This document shows positions 49,951 to 58,717 of a DNA stretch of 64,000 nt, piece by piece. Made by a program: the position numbers and the translations under genes. The notes beneath the pieces were generated by a model that was not told the origin of the DNA, did not search any database, and saw only the letters and a program-made list of their open reading frames with translations. The stretch comes from an uncultured Pelagibacteraceae bacterium (GTDB taxonomy: Bacteria > Pseudomonadota > Alphaproteobacteria > Pelagibacterales > AG-422-B15). The stretch spans positions 57,087 to 121,086 of the forward strand of contig CACIQL010000002.1 of assembly GCA_902588785.1 (NCBI GenBank). The letters are read 5' to 3'. The stretch's first letter is position 1; each line of letters starts with the position of its first letter.

Positions 49951-50961
49951 ATGAAAAACGTAGCTATATTAGGTGCTAGTGGTTTTGTAGGAAAAGAAAT
50001 AATCAAAATTTGCCTCAACCACCCCCATGTTAAGATTGTTGCTTTATCTGCAAACAAGTCTGCAGGTGAGACAGTTCAAATCCATGACTCTGTTGGTATA
50101 CAAACACCACTCAAATACAAAAGCTATGAAGAGATAAATTTTAGTAGCATTGATTATGTATTTAATTGCTTACCAAATGAAAATCTTCACAAAAGAAGCG
50201 ATCTATTGAAATCAGATGTCAGTATAATTGACCTTTCAGTTGATTTTAGACTTGATGATAAAAATGATTATGAGAACTGGTATGGCTTTAAACACGGCAA
50301 CTTTGAGGTAAACGATGAATTCCAATATGGGTTAACAGAGTTTAATAGAAATAAGATAAAAAAATGTAAGCATATTGCAAACCCTGGCTGCTATGCAACT
50401 AGCATCTTAATCCCACTAATTGAATTGATAAAACAAAATGCAATTAAAACCGACGATATCGTTATTGACTCAAAATCAGGTTACTCAGGTGCAGGTAAAA
50501 CAAAGGGAAAAAAAGAGTTAATTAAGGAAGTAAATGAAAATATCAGAACCTATGGTATTGGTGATCACAAACACATAGCTGAAATAAACCAAGAACTAAG
50601 TAAAATCAAAAATATTCAAACTGAAGTTTTCTTTGCGGCTAATATATTACCTGTTGAAAGAGGTATTTTGAGTAACATATATATTGACACAAATGAGGTA
50701 TCTCAAAATGATATTTACGATATATTAAAAAAAAGATTTAATGATGAGCATTTTATACAATTGCTACCAATGAATGAAATTCCTTCCTCCAGGGAAGTAG
50801 TTGGTACCAATAACTTAGTCATAGGATTAAAAAAGGGATATAAAGAAAATAAATTATGCATTGTTAGTGTTTTAGATAATTTGGTAAAAGGTGCTGCTGG
50901 ACAAGCAGTTCAAAATTTTAATCTTATGAATGATTATGATGAGGGGTTAGGACTAGAATGA
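49951..50961 (+). CDS. argC: N-acetyl-gamma-glutamyl-phosphate reductase
   Basis: 336 aa. GASGFVG and catalytic NPGCYAT. Confidence 0.92.
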   Translation: MKNVAILGASGFVGKEIIKICLNHPHVKIVALSANKSAGETVQIHDSVGIQTPLKYKSYEEINFSSIDYVFNCLPNENLHKRSDLLKSDVSIIDLSVDFRLDDKNDYENWYGFKHGNFEVNDEFQYGLTEFNRNKIKKCKHIANPGCYATSILIPLIELIKQNAIKTDDIVIDSKSGYSGAGKTKGKKELIKEVNENIRTYGIGDHKHIAEINQELSKIKNIQTEVFFAANILPVERGILSNIYIDTNEVSQNDIYDILKKRFNDEHFIQLLPMNEIPSSREVVGTNNLVIGLKKGYKENKLCIVSVLDNLVKGAAGQAVQNFNLMNDYDEGLGLE

Positions 50962-51155
50962 GAAAAAAAATAATAATTATTTTTAATTTATTTTTATTTT
51001 TATTTACTTTCAATGCCTGTTCATCAGCAAAAAATTTTTCTTTTTATGAGTTTTTTATCAACCCAAATGCTGCAGAATTAATTTTAGATGATCAAGAAAA
51101 TGCTCAGAAACCAGATTTAGAGAGCGTACCAGAAAAGGTTGAAATCGATGAGTAA
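50958..51155 (+). CDS. Small putative lipoprotein of unknown function
   Basis: 65 aa. Signal peptide with lipobox FNAC. ATGA overlap with argC; the 3' end overlaps the hom start. Confidence 0.45.
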   Translation: MRKKIIIIFNLFLFLFTFNACSSAKNFSFYEFFINPNAAELILDDQENAQKPDLESVPEKVEIDE

Positions 51156-52437
51156 AACTTATGGTGTCGGAATAGCAGGACTTGGAACAGTTGGATCGGG
51201 GTTTCTCAAACAATTAAAAAATTTTAAATCGCCTTCTCAAAAAACTGCAAATATCAATGTAATTAAAATTGCTGTTAAGAACTTAAGAAAAAAAAGAAGT
51301 TTATCTGTTAAGTCTCTACCGTTAACAACTGATACAATGTCATTAGCAACAAATGACAATGTAGATATTTTAATTGAGCTCATTGGTGGTTCAAAGGGAA
51401 TAGCATATAACGTTGTTAAAAAAGCACTCCAAAATAAAAAACATGTAATTACCGCTAATAAAGCTTTGCTTGCAGTACATGGAAATGAGTTATCTAAAAT
51501 TGCTGAACAAAATAATGTTTGTCTCAATTATGAAGCAGCTATTGCTGGCGGTATACCAATTGTAAAAGCTGTAAGAGAAAATTTGCGACTTAATAAAATA
51601 AGCAAAATTTATGGTATTTTGAATGGTACTTGTAACTACATTTTAACAAAGATGGAAAATAATGTGGGAGATTTTAAAAATGTATTAAATGATGCTCAAA
51701 AAAAAGGTTTTGCTGAATTAGATCCAACATTTGATATTCAGGGTATTGATGCAGCTCATAAGATTACATTGTTATCAAGTATTGCTTTTGACATTCCTGT
51801 AAATTTTAAAGCTACTTTTATAGAAGGTATTACTAAGATTGATAAATATGATTTTGTTTTTGCAAAAGAATTAGGATACTCAATAAAATTGTTATCAGTT
51901 GCTTCTAAAAAATTAAGTAAGATCGAACAAAGAGTTCATCCTTGTTTTGTTAAACTAAAATCAGATATTGCAAAAGTGAGTAACGAGATTAATGCTGTCG
52001 TTGTAAATGACTTAGTAATTGGAAAAAATATTTTTGAGGGCCCTGGCGCTGGAGCTGGACCAACGGGAGCCTCTGTTATGTCAGACCTTATGGACATCAT
52101 AAGAGGTACTTATAATTATCCATTGGGCGTATCAATGAAAAAGAAAAAGAAGTTAAAAATCCAGAAAATTGATGATTTGTCATTTCCATATTATTTGAGA
52201 ATTACAGCCAAAGATAAAGCCGGGGTAATGGCAAAAATTTCAAAAGCTCTATCAAAAAGAAAAATTTCGATTGAAAGTATAATTCAAAAGCCATCGAAAA
52301 GGTCAAATTTTGCTGAAATTATTTTGATAACTCACACAGTTAAAGAATCTTCGCTTTTATCATCTATTAAGCAGATAAAAAGATTACCAGAAGTAAGCTC
52401 ATCTGTTAAATTTATCAGAATTGAAGATTCGTTATGA
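51139..52437 (+). CDS. hom: Homoserine dehydrogenase
   Basis: 432 aa. GIAGLGTVG NAD fold, central catalytic domain, C-terminal ACT domain. Alternative start ATG at 51148. Confidence 0.92.
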   Translation: MKSMSKTYGVGIAGLGTVGSGFLKQLKNFKSPSQKTANINVIKIAVKNLRKKRSLSVKSLPLTTDTMSLATNDNVDILIELIGGSKGIAYNVVKKALQNKKHVITANKALLAVHGNELSKIAEQNNVCLNYEAAIAGGIPIVKAVRENLRLNKISKIYGILNGTCNYILTKMENNVGDFKNVLNDAQKKGFAELDPTFDIQGIDAAHKITLLSSIAFDIPVNFKATFIEGITKIDKYDFVFAKELGYSIKLLSVASKKLSKIEQRVHPCFVKLKSDIAKVSNEINAVVVNDLVIGKNIFEGPGAGAGPTGASVMSDLMDIIRGTYNYPLGVSMKKKKKLKIQKIDDLSFPYYLRITAKDKAGVMAKISKALSKRKISIESIIQKPSKRSNFAEIILITHTVKESSLLSSIKQIKRLPEVSSSVKFIRIEDSL

Positions 52438-53384
52438 CCGTAATATCAACTCAATATGCATCAGGAATTGTAGCTGCAACTGAAAAGGCTGCAATTGCAT
52501 CGTCTAAATTAATAGGTCTTGGTGACGAAAAAGCAGCAGATCAAGTTGCTGTAGACGCAATGAGAACAGCTTTAAACGCAATTGATTTTGATGGCAGAAT
52601 TGTTATTGGTGAAGGTGAGAGAGATGAAGCGCCAATGCTTTATATTGGCGAGGAAGTAGGAACAGGCAGAAATCACGAAGTTGATATTGCGTTAGATCCT
52701 TTAGAAGGAACCACTATCACAGCTAAGGGCATGCCAAATTCATTATCTGTAGTAGCTGCAGCTCAAAAAGGAGGGTTGCTTTATGCGCCAGACACTTACA
52801 TGAATAAGATTGCAGTTGGTAGTAGTCTTCCTAAAGATGTAATAGATCTTGATGCAGCTGTCGAAGATAACATAAAAAGTATCGCGGAAGCTAAAAAAGT
52901 TAAAATTAGTGAAGTTACTGCCTGTGTATTAGAAAGACCCAGACACGATGATATAATTGAATCTTTAAGAACAATCGGCTCAAAAATTGTTCTTATTCCT
53001 GACGGCGATGTGGCAGGAGTAATTATGACAACACAAGAACATAATCCAGTTGATATTTACCTTGGCATCGGTGGAGCTCCTGAAGGAGTTTTAGCTGCTG
53101 CAGCACTGCAATGCATTGGCGGTCAAATGCAAACTAGACTTGTAATCAACAATGACGATGAAAAAAACAGAGCTGAAAAGATTGGTATTAAAGACCTAGA
53201 AAAAAAATATAATCTTAATGAACTTGCACACGGCGATATTATCTTTTCTGCTACAGGTGTAACAGAAGGTACTATGGTTAGAGGAGTAAGATCTGACAAC
53301 AGTCACTACATAACCCATTCACTAGTTCTAAGAACTGGCGAAGCCTCATCTCAGTATATCGAGACTTATCACAAAAAAGATTGA
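52434..53384 (+). CDS. glpX: Fructose-1,6-bisphosphatase class II
   Basis: 316 aa. VAVDAMR, GEGERDEAPML, DPLEGTT, GGAPEGV. Confidence 0.93.
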   Translation: MTVISTQYASGIVAATEKAAIASSKLIGLGDEKAADQVAVDAMRTALNAIDFDGRIVIGEGERDEAPMLYIGEEVGTGRNHEVDIALDPLEGTTITAKGMPNSLSVVAAAQKGGLLYAPDTYMNKIAVGSSLPKDVIDLDAAVEDNIKSIAEAKKVKISEVTACVLERPRHDDIIESLRTIGSKIVLIPDGDVAGVIMTTQEHNPVDIYLGIGGAPEGVLAAAALQCIGGQMQTRLVINNDDEKNRAEKIGIKDLEKKYNLNELAHGDIIFSATGVTEGTMVRGVRSDNSHYITHSLVLRTGEASSQYIETYHKKD

Positions 53385-53387
53385 ACT

Positions 53388-55169
53388 ATGAGAAAAGATT
53401 CTTTCGACGAAGATTTTTTTTCTCTAACAAATAAAAAATGGTCTTTAAAAGAATATAGCGAAAAAGATACGGAATATATTTCGCAAAGTTACGAAGTAAG
53501 CCCACTAGTTGCGAAATTACTAAGTATTAGAAAAGTAAATTTAGACGATATTATTTCTTATATAAGTCCCTCATTAAAAGAAAGTTTACCTGATCCATAC
53601 GTTTTAGCGGATATGGAAAAAGCCTGCGAGAGACTTTATCAGGCAATAATTAATAAAGAACGAATTGCAGTATTTGGTGACTATGATGTTGATGGCTCAA
53701 CCTCGACTTCGACTTTAATTAATTATTTTAAACAAATTTCAGTGAATCTAAAATTTCATATACCCGATAGATTTAGTGAGGGGTATGGTCCAAGTATTCA
53801 AACCTTTTCAAATTTTAAAAAAAGAGATGTAAAGATCATTTTTACCGTCGATTGCGGAACAATGGCCTTTTCTGAGATTGAATATGCGAGAGAGCAAGGT
53901 ATGGATGTAATTGTCTTAGATCATCACATTCCAGAAATAAAACTACCAAAAGCAACAGCAATTATAAATCCAAACAGAATGGACGATAATTCAGGATTAA
54001 ACTATCTTTCTGCAGTTGGTGTAACTTATATGTTCATTATCGGGCTTAACCGGAAATTAAGACGTGAAGATTGGTTTAAAAAAAATGACTTAAAAGAACC
54101 AAACCTTATTGCTTTGTTAGATCTTGTTGCTTTAGGAACTGTTTGCGATGCTGTTCCACTAAAAGGATTAAATCGAATTCTAGTTTCAAAGGGAATCGAA
54201 GTAATACAAAAACGATTAAATCCAGGTTTAAATTCATTGATTGAAAAATCAAAAATAAAATCAAAAGTAAGTGTTCATGATCTTGGTTTCAAGATTGGTC
54301 CAAGAATTAACGCTGGCGGAAGATTAGGTTTTTCAAACTTTGGCACAGACTTATTAACTGAAAGTGAAAAAAGTAAAATCGATAGTATCTCAAACGATTT
54401 AGATAAATTTAATTCTGAGAGACGTACTATAGAAAGTTATGTTTTAGATCAAGCTATCGCCCAAGTTGATGATAAAAAACTAAAAAATAAACTACTGATC
54501 GTATCTGGTGAAGGATGGCATGAGGGGGTAATTGGTATCATTGCAAGTCGACTTAAAGATAAATTTAATAAGCCTAGCATTGTTTTCTCAATAAATAATG
54601 GTGAAGCTAAAGGTTCTGGACGTTCAATAAAAGGTATTGATCTTGGTCAGTTAGTTATTTCTGCAGTTCAAAGTAATTTGCTTAAAAAAGGCGGAGGACA
54701 CTCAATGGCAGCTGGATTAACAATAGAATCTGAAAAGATAGAAGAATTAGAAAAATTTTTTGAAAAACAATTGACCAATAAAGTAATAAATACTCATGAT
54801 AATAAAATTTTATTTGCTGATGACATTTTAAGTACATCAGCAATCAATTTAGATGTTCATAGGGAAATTGAAAAAATTGGTCCTTTTGGATCAGAGAATC
54901 CTGAACCATCTTTTATTTTTAAAAATGTGATACTCGCGACCGTTGATCAAATAGGTGAGGAGCATTTTAAATGTCTTATTAAATCTGATGGAGGAAAATT
55001 TATTGAAGCGATGGCTTTTAGAAGTGCAAAAACACAGCTTGGAGAAGAATTAATAAAAAATAAGGGTTCATCAGTTTGCTTATTCGGCAAAATAAAGATC
55101 AATGAGTGGGGGGGTAAAAAAATACCTCAAATACATATTATTGATATTTCCGCATCACAAAATAGTTAA
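53388..55169 (+). CDS. recJ: Single-stranded-DNA-specific exonuclease RecJ
   Basis: 593 aa. DHH motifs GDYDVDG and LDHH; DHHA1 motif GGGHSMAAG. Confidence 0.93.
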   Translation: MRKDSFDEDFFSLTNKKWSLKEYSEKDTEYISQSYEVSPLVAKLLSIRKVNLDDIISYISPSLKESLPDPYVLADMEKACERLYQAIINKERIAVFGDYDVDGSTSTSTLINYFKQISVNLKFHIPDRFSEGYGPSIQTFSNFKKRDVKIIFTVDCGTMAFSEIEYAREQGMDVIVLDHHIPEIKLPKATAIINPNRMDDNSGLNYLSAVGVTYMFIIGLNRKLRREDWFKKNDLKEPNLIALLDLVALGTVCDAVPLKGLNRILVSKGIEVIQKRLNPGLNSLIEKSKIKSKVSVHDLGFKIGPRINAGGRLGFSNFGTDLLTESEKSKIDSISNDLDKFNSERRTIESYVLDQAIAQVDDKKLKNKLLIVSGEGWHEGVIGIIASRLKDKFNKPSIVFSINNGEAKGSGRSIKGIDLGQLVISAVQSNLLKKGGGHSMAAGLTIESEKIEELEKFFEKQLTNKVINTHDNKILFADDILSTSAINLDVHREIEKIGPFGSENPEPSFIFKNVILATVDQIGEEHFKCLIKSDGGKFIEAMAFRSAKTQLGEELIKNKGSSVCLFGKIKINEWGGKKIPQIHIIDISASQNS

Positions 55170-55216
55170 TCAATTATTGATTTAGACCGATTATTAGATA
55201 TATAAATAAGGTATAA

Positions 55217-55292
55217 GGTCCCTTCGTCTAGCGGTTAGGATATCTGGTTTTCATCCAGAAGATCACGGGTTCGAATCCCGTAGGGACCGCCA
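55217..55292 (+). tRNA. tRNA-Glu (anticodon UUC)
   Basis: Acceptor GGTCCCT/AGGGACC, anticodon stem-loop TCTGG-TTTTCAT-CCAGA, T-arm ACGGG-TTCGAAT-CCCGT, encoded CCA. Confidence 0.95.
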
Positions 55293-55379
55293 TTTTTATG
55301 GTCTTATCTGTGACAAAATGTCAGTAAAACATCCGTTTTATAGTATTTAATTTCTATAAATAAATATTATCTATTTAGT

Positions 55380-56048
55380 ATGAACGAAATGTTTAAGCAC
55401 TATAAACCGATAAACAATAGTGACCGCATAGCTCTATTATTTACAAAAGCCCTCCGTCTTTTCGCTGATCTTTTCTTTAAAAAACGTTACGGGCACAGAG
55501 CGGTTATATTAGAGACTGTAGCAGCTGTCCCTGGAATGGTCGCCGGCATGCTTAATCACTTAAAAAGCCTTAGAAATATGGAGCAAGATAGAGGCTGGAT
55601 CAAAACACTTTTAGATGAAGCTGAGAACGAAAGAATGCATTTAATGACTTTTATTAATATTGCAAAGCCATCAGTTTTTGAGAGATTTTTAGTGATCATA
55701 GTGCAAGGAATATTTTTTAATCTTTATTTTGTAATGTATTTAGTATCACCTCGTACCTGCCATAGGATTGTGGGATATTTTGAGGAGCAAGCAATTATAA
55801 GTTACACAGAATATTTAGATGAAATTGAAAATGGTAATATTGAAAACGTTAAAGCACCACAGATAGCAATTGATTATTGGGGTTTATCACAGTTTGCAAA
55901 ATTAAAAGATGTTATTATTGCTGTTAGAAACGATGAGATGGGTCACCGTGATGTTAATCATGAATTTGTAACACTTATTGATCAAAAAGACCATAAAGAG
56001 ACTTATACAGATTCAAGGGAAATACTCTCAAAAGATAATACTAAATAA
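55380..56048 (+). CDS. aox: Alternative oxidase (cyanide-insensitive di-iron ubiquinol oxidase)
   Basis: 222 aa. All four di-iron motifs are present: [40 protein letters not shown]. Confidence 0.93.
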   Translation: MNEMFKHYKPINNSDRIALLFTKALRLFADLFFKKRYGHRAVILETVAAVPGMVAGMLNHLKSLRNMEQDRGWIKTLLDEAENERMHLMTFINIAKPSVFERFLVIIVQGIFFNLYFVMYLVSPRTCHRIVGYFEEQAIISYTEYLDEIENGNIENVKAPQIAIDYWGLSQFAKLKDVIIAVRNDEMGHRDVNHEFVTLIDQKDHKETYTDSREILSKDNTK

Positions 56049-56055
56049 GATTATA

Positions 56056-56469
56056 ATGTTGGAATTTGGAATTTTTCTACATTCTTTAATTATTGGATTT
56101 ATGATTTTTTTTATGTCTGTTGTAACCCCATCTGTATTTTCAATTTTAAATGAAGATGAGGCAGGCAAGTTATTACGAGTTATTTTCCCCAGAATGTTCA
56201 TTTATGGGTTAATCATTACTATTTTTTCTTGTGCTGTTTTTTTTGTCATTAGTATAATTGATTTTCTGATTATATCGTTGGTTTCCGCTGCTTTCTTTTT
56301 AATCAATCTCATTTATCTAACTCCTAGAATCAATATTTATAGAGATAAATTTAAAGGTGGTATCGTTGAGGCTGAAAAAAAATTTAAAATGCTTCATTTT
56401 TTCTCAGTAGTTTTATTTATTTCACAGCTTTTTGGATCTATCTTTATTGTATTTGTATATTTTTATTAG
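56056..56469 (+). CDS. Four-TM membrane protein, DUF4149/TMEM205-like
   Basis: The start is placed at MLEFGIF, 7 nt after the aox stop (the longer ORF from 55978 overlaps aox). Hydrophobic, with a PSVF...LFP-type pattern. The family assignment is from memory only. Confidence 0.55.
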   Translation: MLEFGIFLHSLIIGFMIFFMSVVTPSVFSILNEDEAGKLLRVIFPRMFIYGLIITIFSCAVFFVISIIDFLIISLVSAAFFLINLIYLTPRINIYRDKFKGGIVEAEKKFKMLHFFSVVLFISQLFGSIFIVFVYFY

Positions 56470-56478
56470 GAGGACAAT

Positions 56479-56661
56479 ATGAAAATTTTAAAAACATTTG
56501 AAGATGCAAAGCTAATTATAGTTGATCTTGAGGTCAATCTAGGTAATCAGAAAAGAAGTGCTCCAACTTTGTGCGCGCAGTATGATGGAAAAATTATTCC
56601 CCTAAGTACAGCTCATGATGGAAGACCTATACTTATGAATATAGATAATGCGATTGAGTAA
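56479..56661 (+). CDS. Hypothetical 60-aa soluble protein
   Basis: Preceded by AGGAGG (56468-56473), 5 nt before the ATG. I recognise no family. Confidence 0.55.
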   Translation: MKILKTFEDAKLIIVDLEVNLGNQKRSAPTLCAQYDGKIIPLSTAHDGRPILMNIDNAIE

Positions 56662-56671
56662 ATAAATTTGC

Positions 56672-58150
56672 TTAGCTTGTATGCTCTCTGATAAAAATTT
56701 CTGCCTTCTGTAGTATTCTTTTCTTTCGATCCTGTTTCATTTTATCAAATACATTTACCATCATATTTAGTCTTGGGTTGCTACTGAAGAATTTTCTATT
56801 TTTATTTATAAATCTCCAATATAAACCATCGACAGTCTCACACCACTCTCCTTTTTTGAAGTCCATCATTTTCAAATAATAGCTTGAACCACAAATATAT
56901 GGTTTGGTTGCGAAGATGCCTCCATCACTAAATAGTCCCATCCCATAGACATTTGGCACCATCACCCATTCAGAGGAGTCAGCAAACATTTCCATAAACC
57001 ATTTATAGACATATTTTGGGTGTATTTCACACAAGTTCATTAAACTAGACAGTATCATTAGCCGTTCAATATGATGCGTCCAACCAAAATTAAGAGCATT
57101 TTTAATTGAATGATCTAAAGGAGGTATACCTGTTTCAGCAGTATACCAATCATTTTTGAGTTTTCTTTTATGATTAAAAAAATTAGATGATTCCATTTTA
57201 GGCGAGTAGTTATGATAAATACCTCTCATAAATTCTCGCCATCCAATAATTTGTCTAATGTATCCCTCAAGTGAATTTATACTTATTTTTCCTTTATATT
57301 TTTTTAATCTATTAATTATTTCTTGGGGTGTAATCAATCCTATATTAATAAGCGGGCTTAATGCGCTATGAAACAGGATATTATCTCTTTGACTTACTGC
57401 GTCTTCGTAGTCTCCAAATAAATTCAGTTTATTTTTAATGAAATCGTCCAGCCAATCTGAAGCATCTTTATGTGTTGTTGGTAGCCAAAAGTTATTTGTA
57501 CTACCAGGGTGTTTTTTAAATTTTTCTTCTATGAAGTTTTTTAAATGTTTTGTGTGTTTGGTTTCACTTGATTTAGGTTGTTTTGGAAGATTTAGGTCTT
57601 GTGGGAGTTTTTTTCTATTATCTTTATCAAAGCTCCATTTGCCACCGACAGGTTTTCCGTTTTCAATTAGTAAGTCAAATTTTAATCTACTTTCTTTATA
57701 ATAAGTTGCCATGAAAGGCTTTTTTTGTTTTGACAGATATTTTTTAAAGTCATCACGTGAATTAAGAAACATAGGTGTTTGTATTACGTTATGCTCAAGA
57801 TTTTTTTGAATAATAAATTTTTTAATACGTTTTTCGAATGGCGTGTCTTCAATTTCAAAGTGGCTTACTTTATTTATTTCATTTTTTTTTATAGATTTTT
57901 CTAATTTATCTTCATACTTTTTTTCAAAATTGTTTTGACAGTCATAATAGTCAACTGAAAAACCTTTCTTTATTAATAAATCTCGGTAACTTCTCATAGA
58001 GGAGAGAAACTGAAGAATTTTTAGCTTATGATGTTTTTCATAAGAACACAGGCCAAGATCCTCACACATGAATATCTTATTCTTTTTATATTTACTTAGA
58101 TGTTTTGGATCAAAAAGCTGATTTCCTAGAATAATAAAAAGATCGCTCAT
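56672..58150 (-). CDS. Cryptochrome/photolyase-family protein (COG3046, CryB/PhrB 'photolyase-related' type)
   Basis: 492 aa. N-terminus LFIILGNQLF is typical of this family. GWREFMRG, WTHHIERLM, and C-terminal KPY..GS.Y...M. Confidence 0.85.
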   Translation of the reverse strand: MSDLFIILGNQLFDPKHLSKYKKNKIFMCEDLGLCSYEKHHKLKILQFLSSMRSYRDLLIKKGFSVDYYDCQNNFEKKYEDKLEKSIKKNEINKVSHFEIEDTPFEKRIKKFIIQKNLEHNVIQTPMFLNSRDDFKKYLSKQKKPFMATYYKESRLKFDLLIENGKPVGGKWSFDKDNRKKLPQDLNLPKQPKSSETKHTKHLKNFIEEKFKKHPGSTNNFWLPTTHKDASDWLDDFIKNKLNLFGDYEDAVSQRDNILFHSALSPLINIGLITPQEIINRLKKYKGKISINSLEGYIRQIIGWREFMRGIYHNYSPKMESSNFFNHKRKLKNDWYTAETGIPPLDHSIKNALNFGWTHHIERLMILSSLMNLCEIHPKYVYKWFMEMFADSSEWVMVPNVYGMGLFSDGGIFATKPYICGSSYYLKMMDFKKGEWCETVDGLYWRFINKNRKFFSSNPRLNMMVNVFDKMKQDRKKRILQKAEIFIREHTS

Positions 58151-58165
58151 AAGTAATTAAAAGAA

Positions 58166-58711
58166 TTAAAGCTGAAGAGCTTTTTCTATTTCACTTATAA
58201 ATTTTTTAGAGGACGGACGAGTTAATGCCGTATAGCCTGCAATTGCATTACCATCTTTGCCTATTATAATTTTATGAAAATTCCACCTAGGAACTCCTCC
58301 GATAAAACCTAATTCTTTTTTGGACCATTTGAAAAATGGATGAGCATCTTTACCTTTGACAACATTTTTTTCTGTAAGTGGAAACGTTATACTAAAAGTA
58401 CTCTCACAAAATTCTTTTACTTCACTATTTGTACCTGACTCTTGATTTCCAAAATCATTTGATGGGACACCCAATACAACCAGACCTTGATCTTTATAGT
58501 CATCATAAAGTTTTTGTAGCCCATCGTATTGATAAGTAAAACCGCATAAACTTGCAGTGTTTACAACGACAAGCGTTTTACCCTTGTAGTCTGACAGGTT
58601 AATCACATCTTCTTCATTAATATCTTTAAAAGAATAACTATATGCATTTTCTGACATTGAGGATCCTGTGTTTAAGAGAAATATAAGGCAAATAGTTAAA
58701 AAAACTCTCAT
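58166..58711 (-). CDS. Glutathione peroxidase (Cys type) with an N-terminal signal peptide
   Basis: 181 aa. VVNTASLCGFT (TGC Cys codon), PSNDFGNQE, WNFHKII. Confidence 0.92.
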   Translation of the reverse strand: MRVFLTICLIFLLNTGSSMSENAYSYSFKDINEEDVINLSDYKGKTLVVVNTASLCGFTYQYDGLQKLYDDYKDQGLVVLGVPSNDFGNQESGTNSEVKEFCESTFSITFPLTEKNVVKGKDAHPFFKWSKKELGFIGGVPRWNFHKIIIGKDGNAIAGYTALTRPSSKKFISEIEKALQL

Positions 58712-58717
58712 TCTGAA

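Noticed and set aside
58540-58560. Possible selenocysteine (TGA) recoding in the glutathione peroxidase active site.
   Set aside because: The active-site codon is TGC (gca agt tta tgc ggt ttt = ASLCGF), so this is a plain Cys-type GPx.
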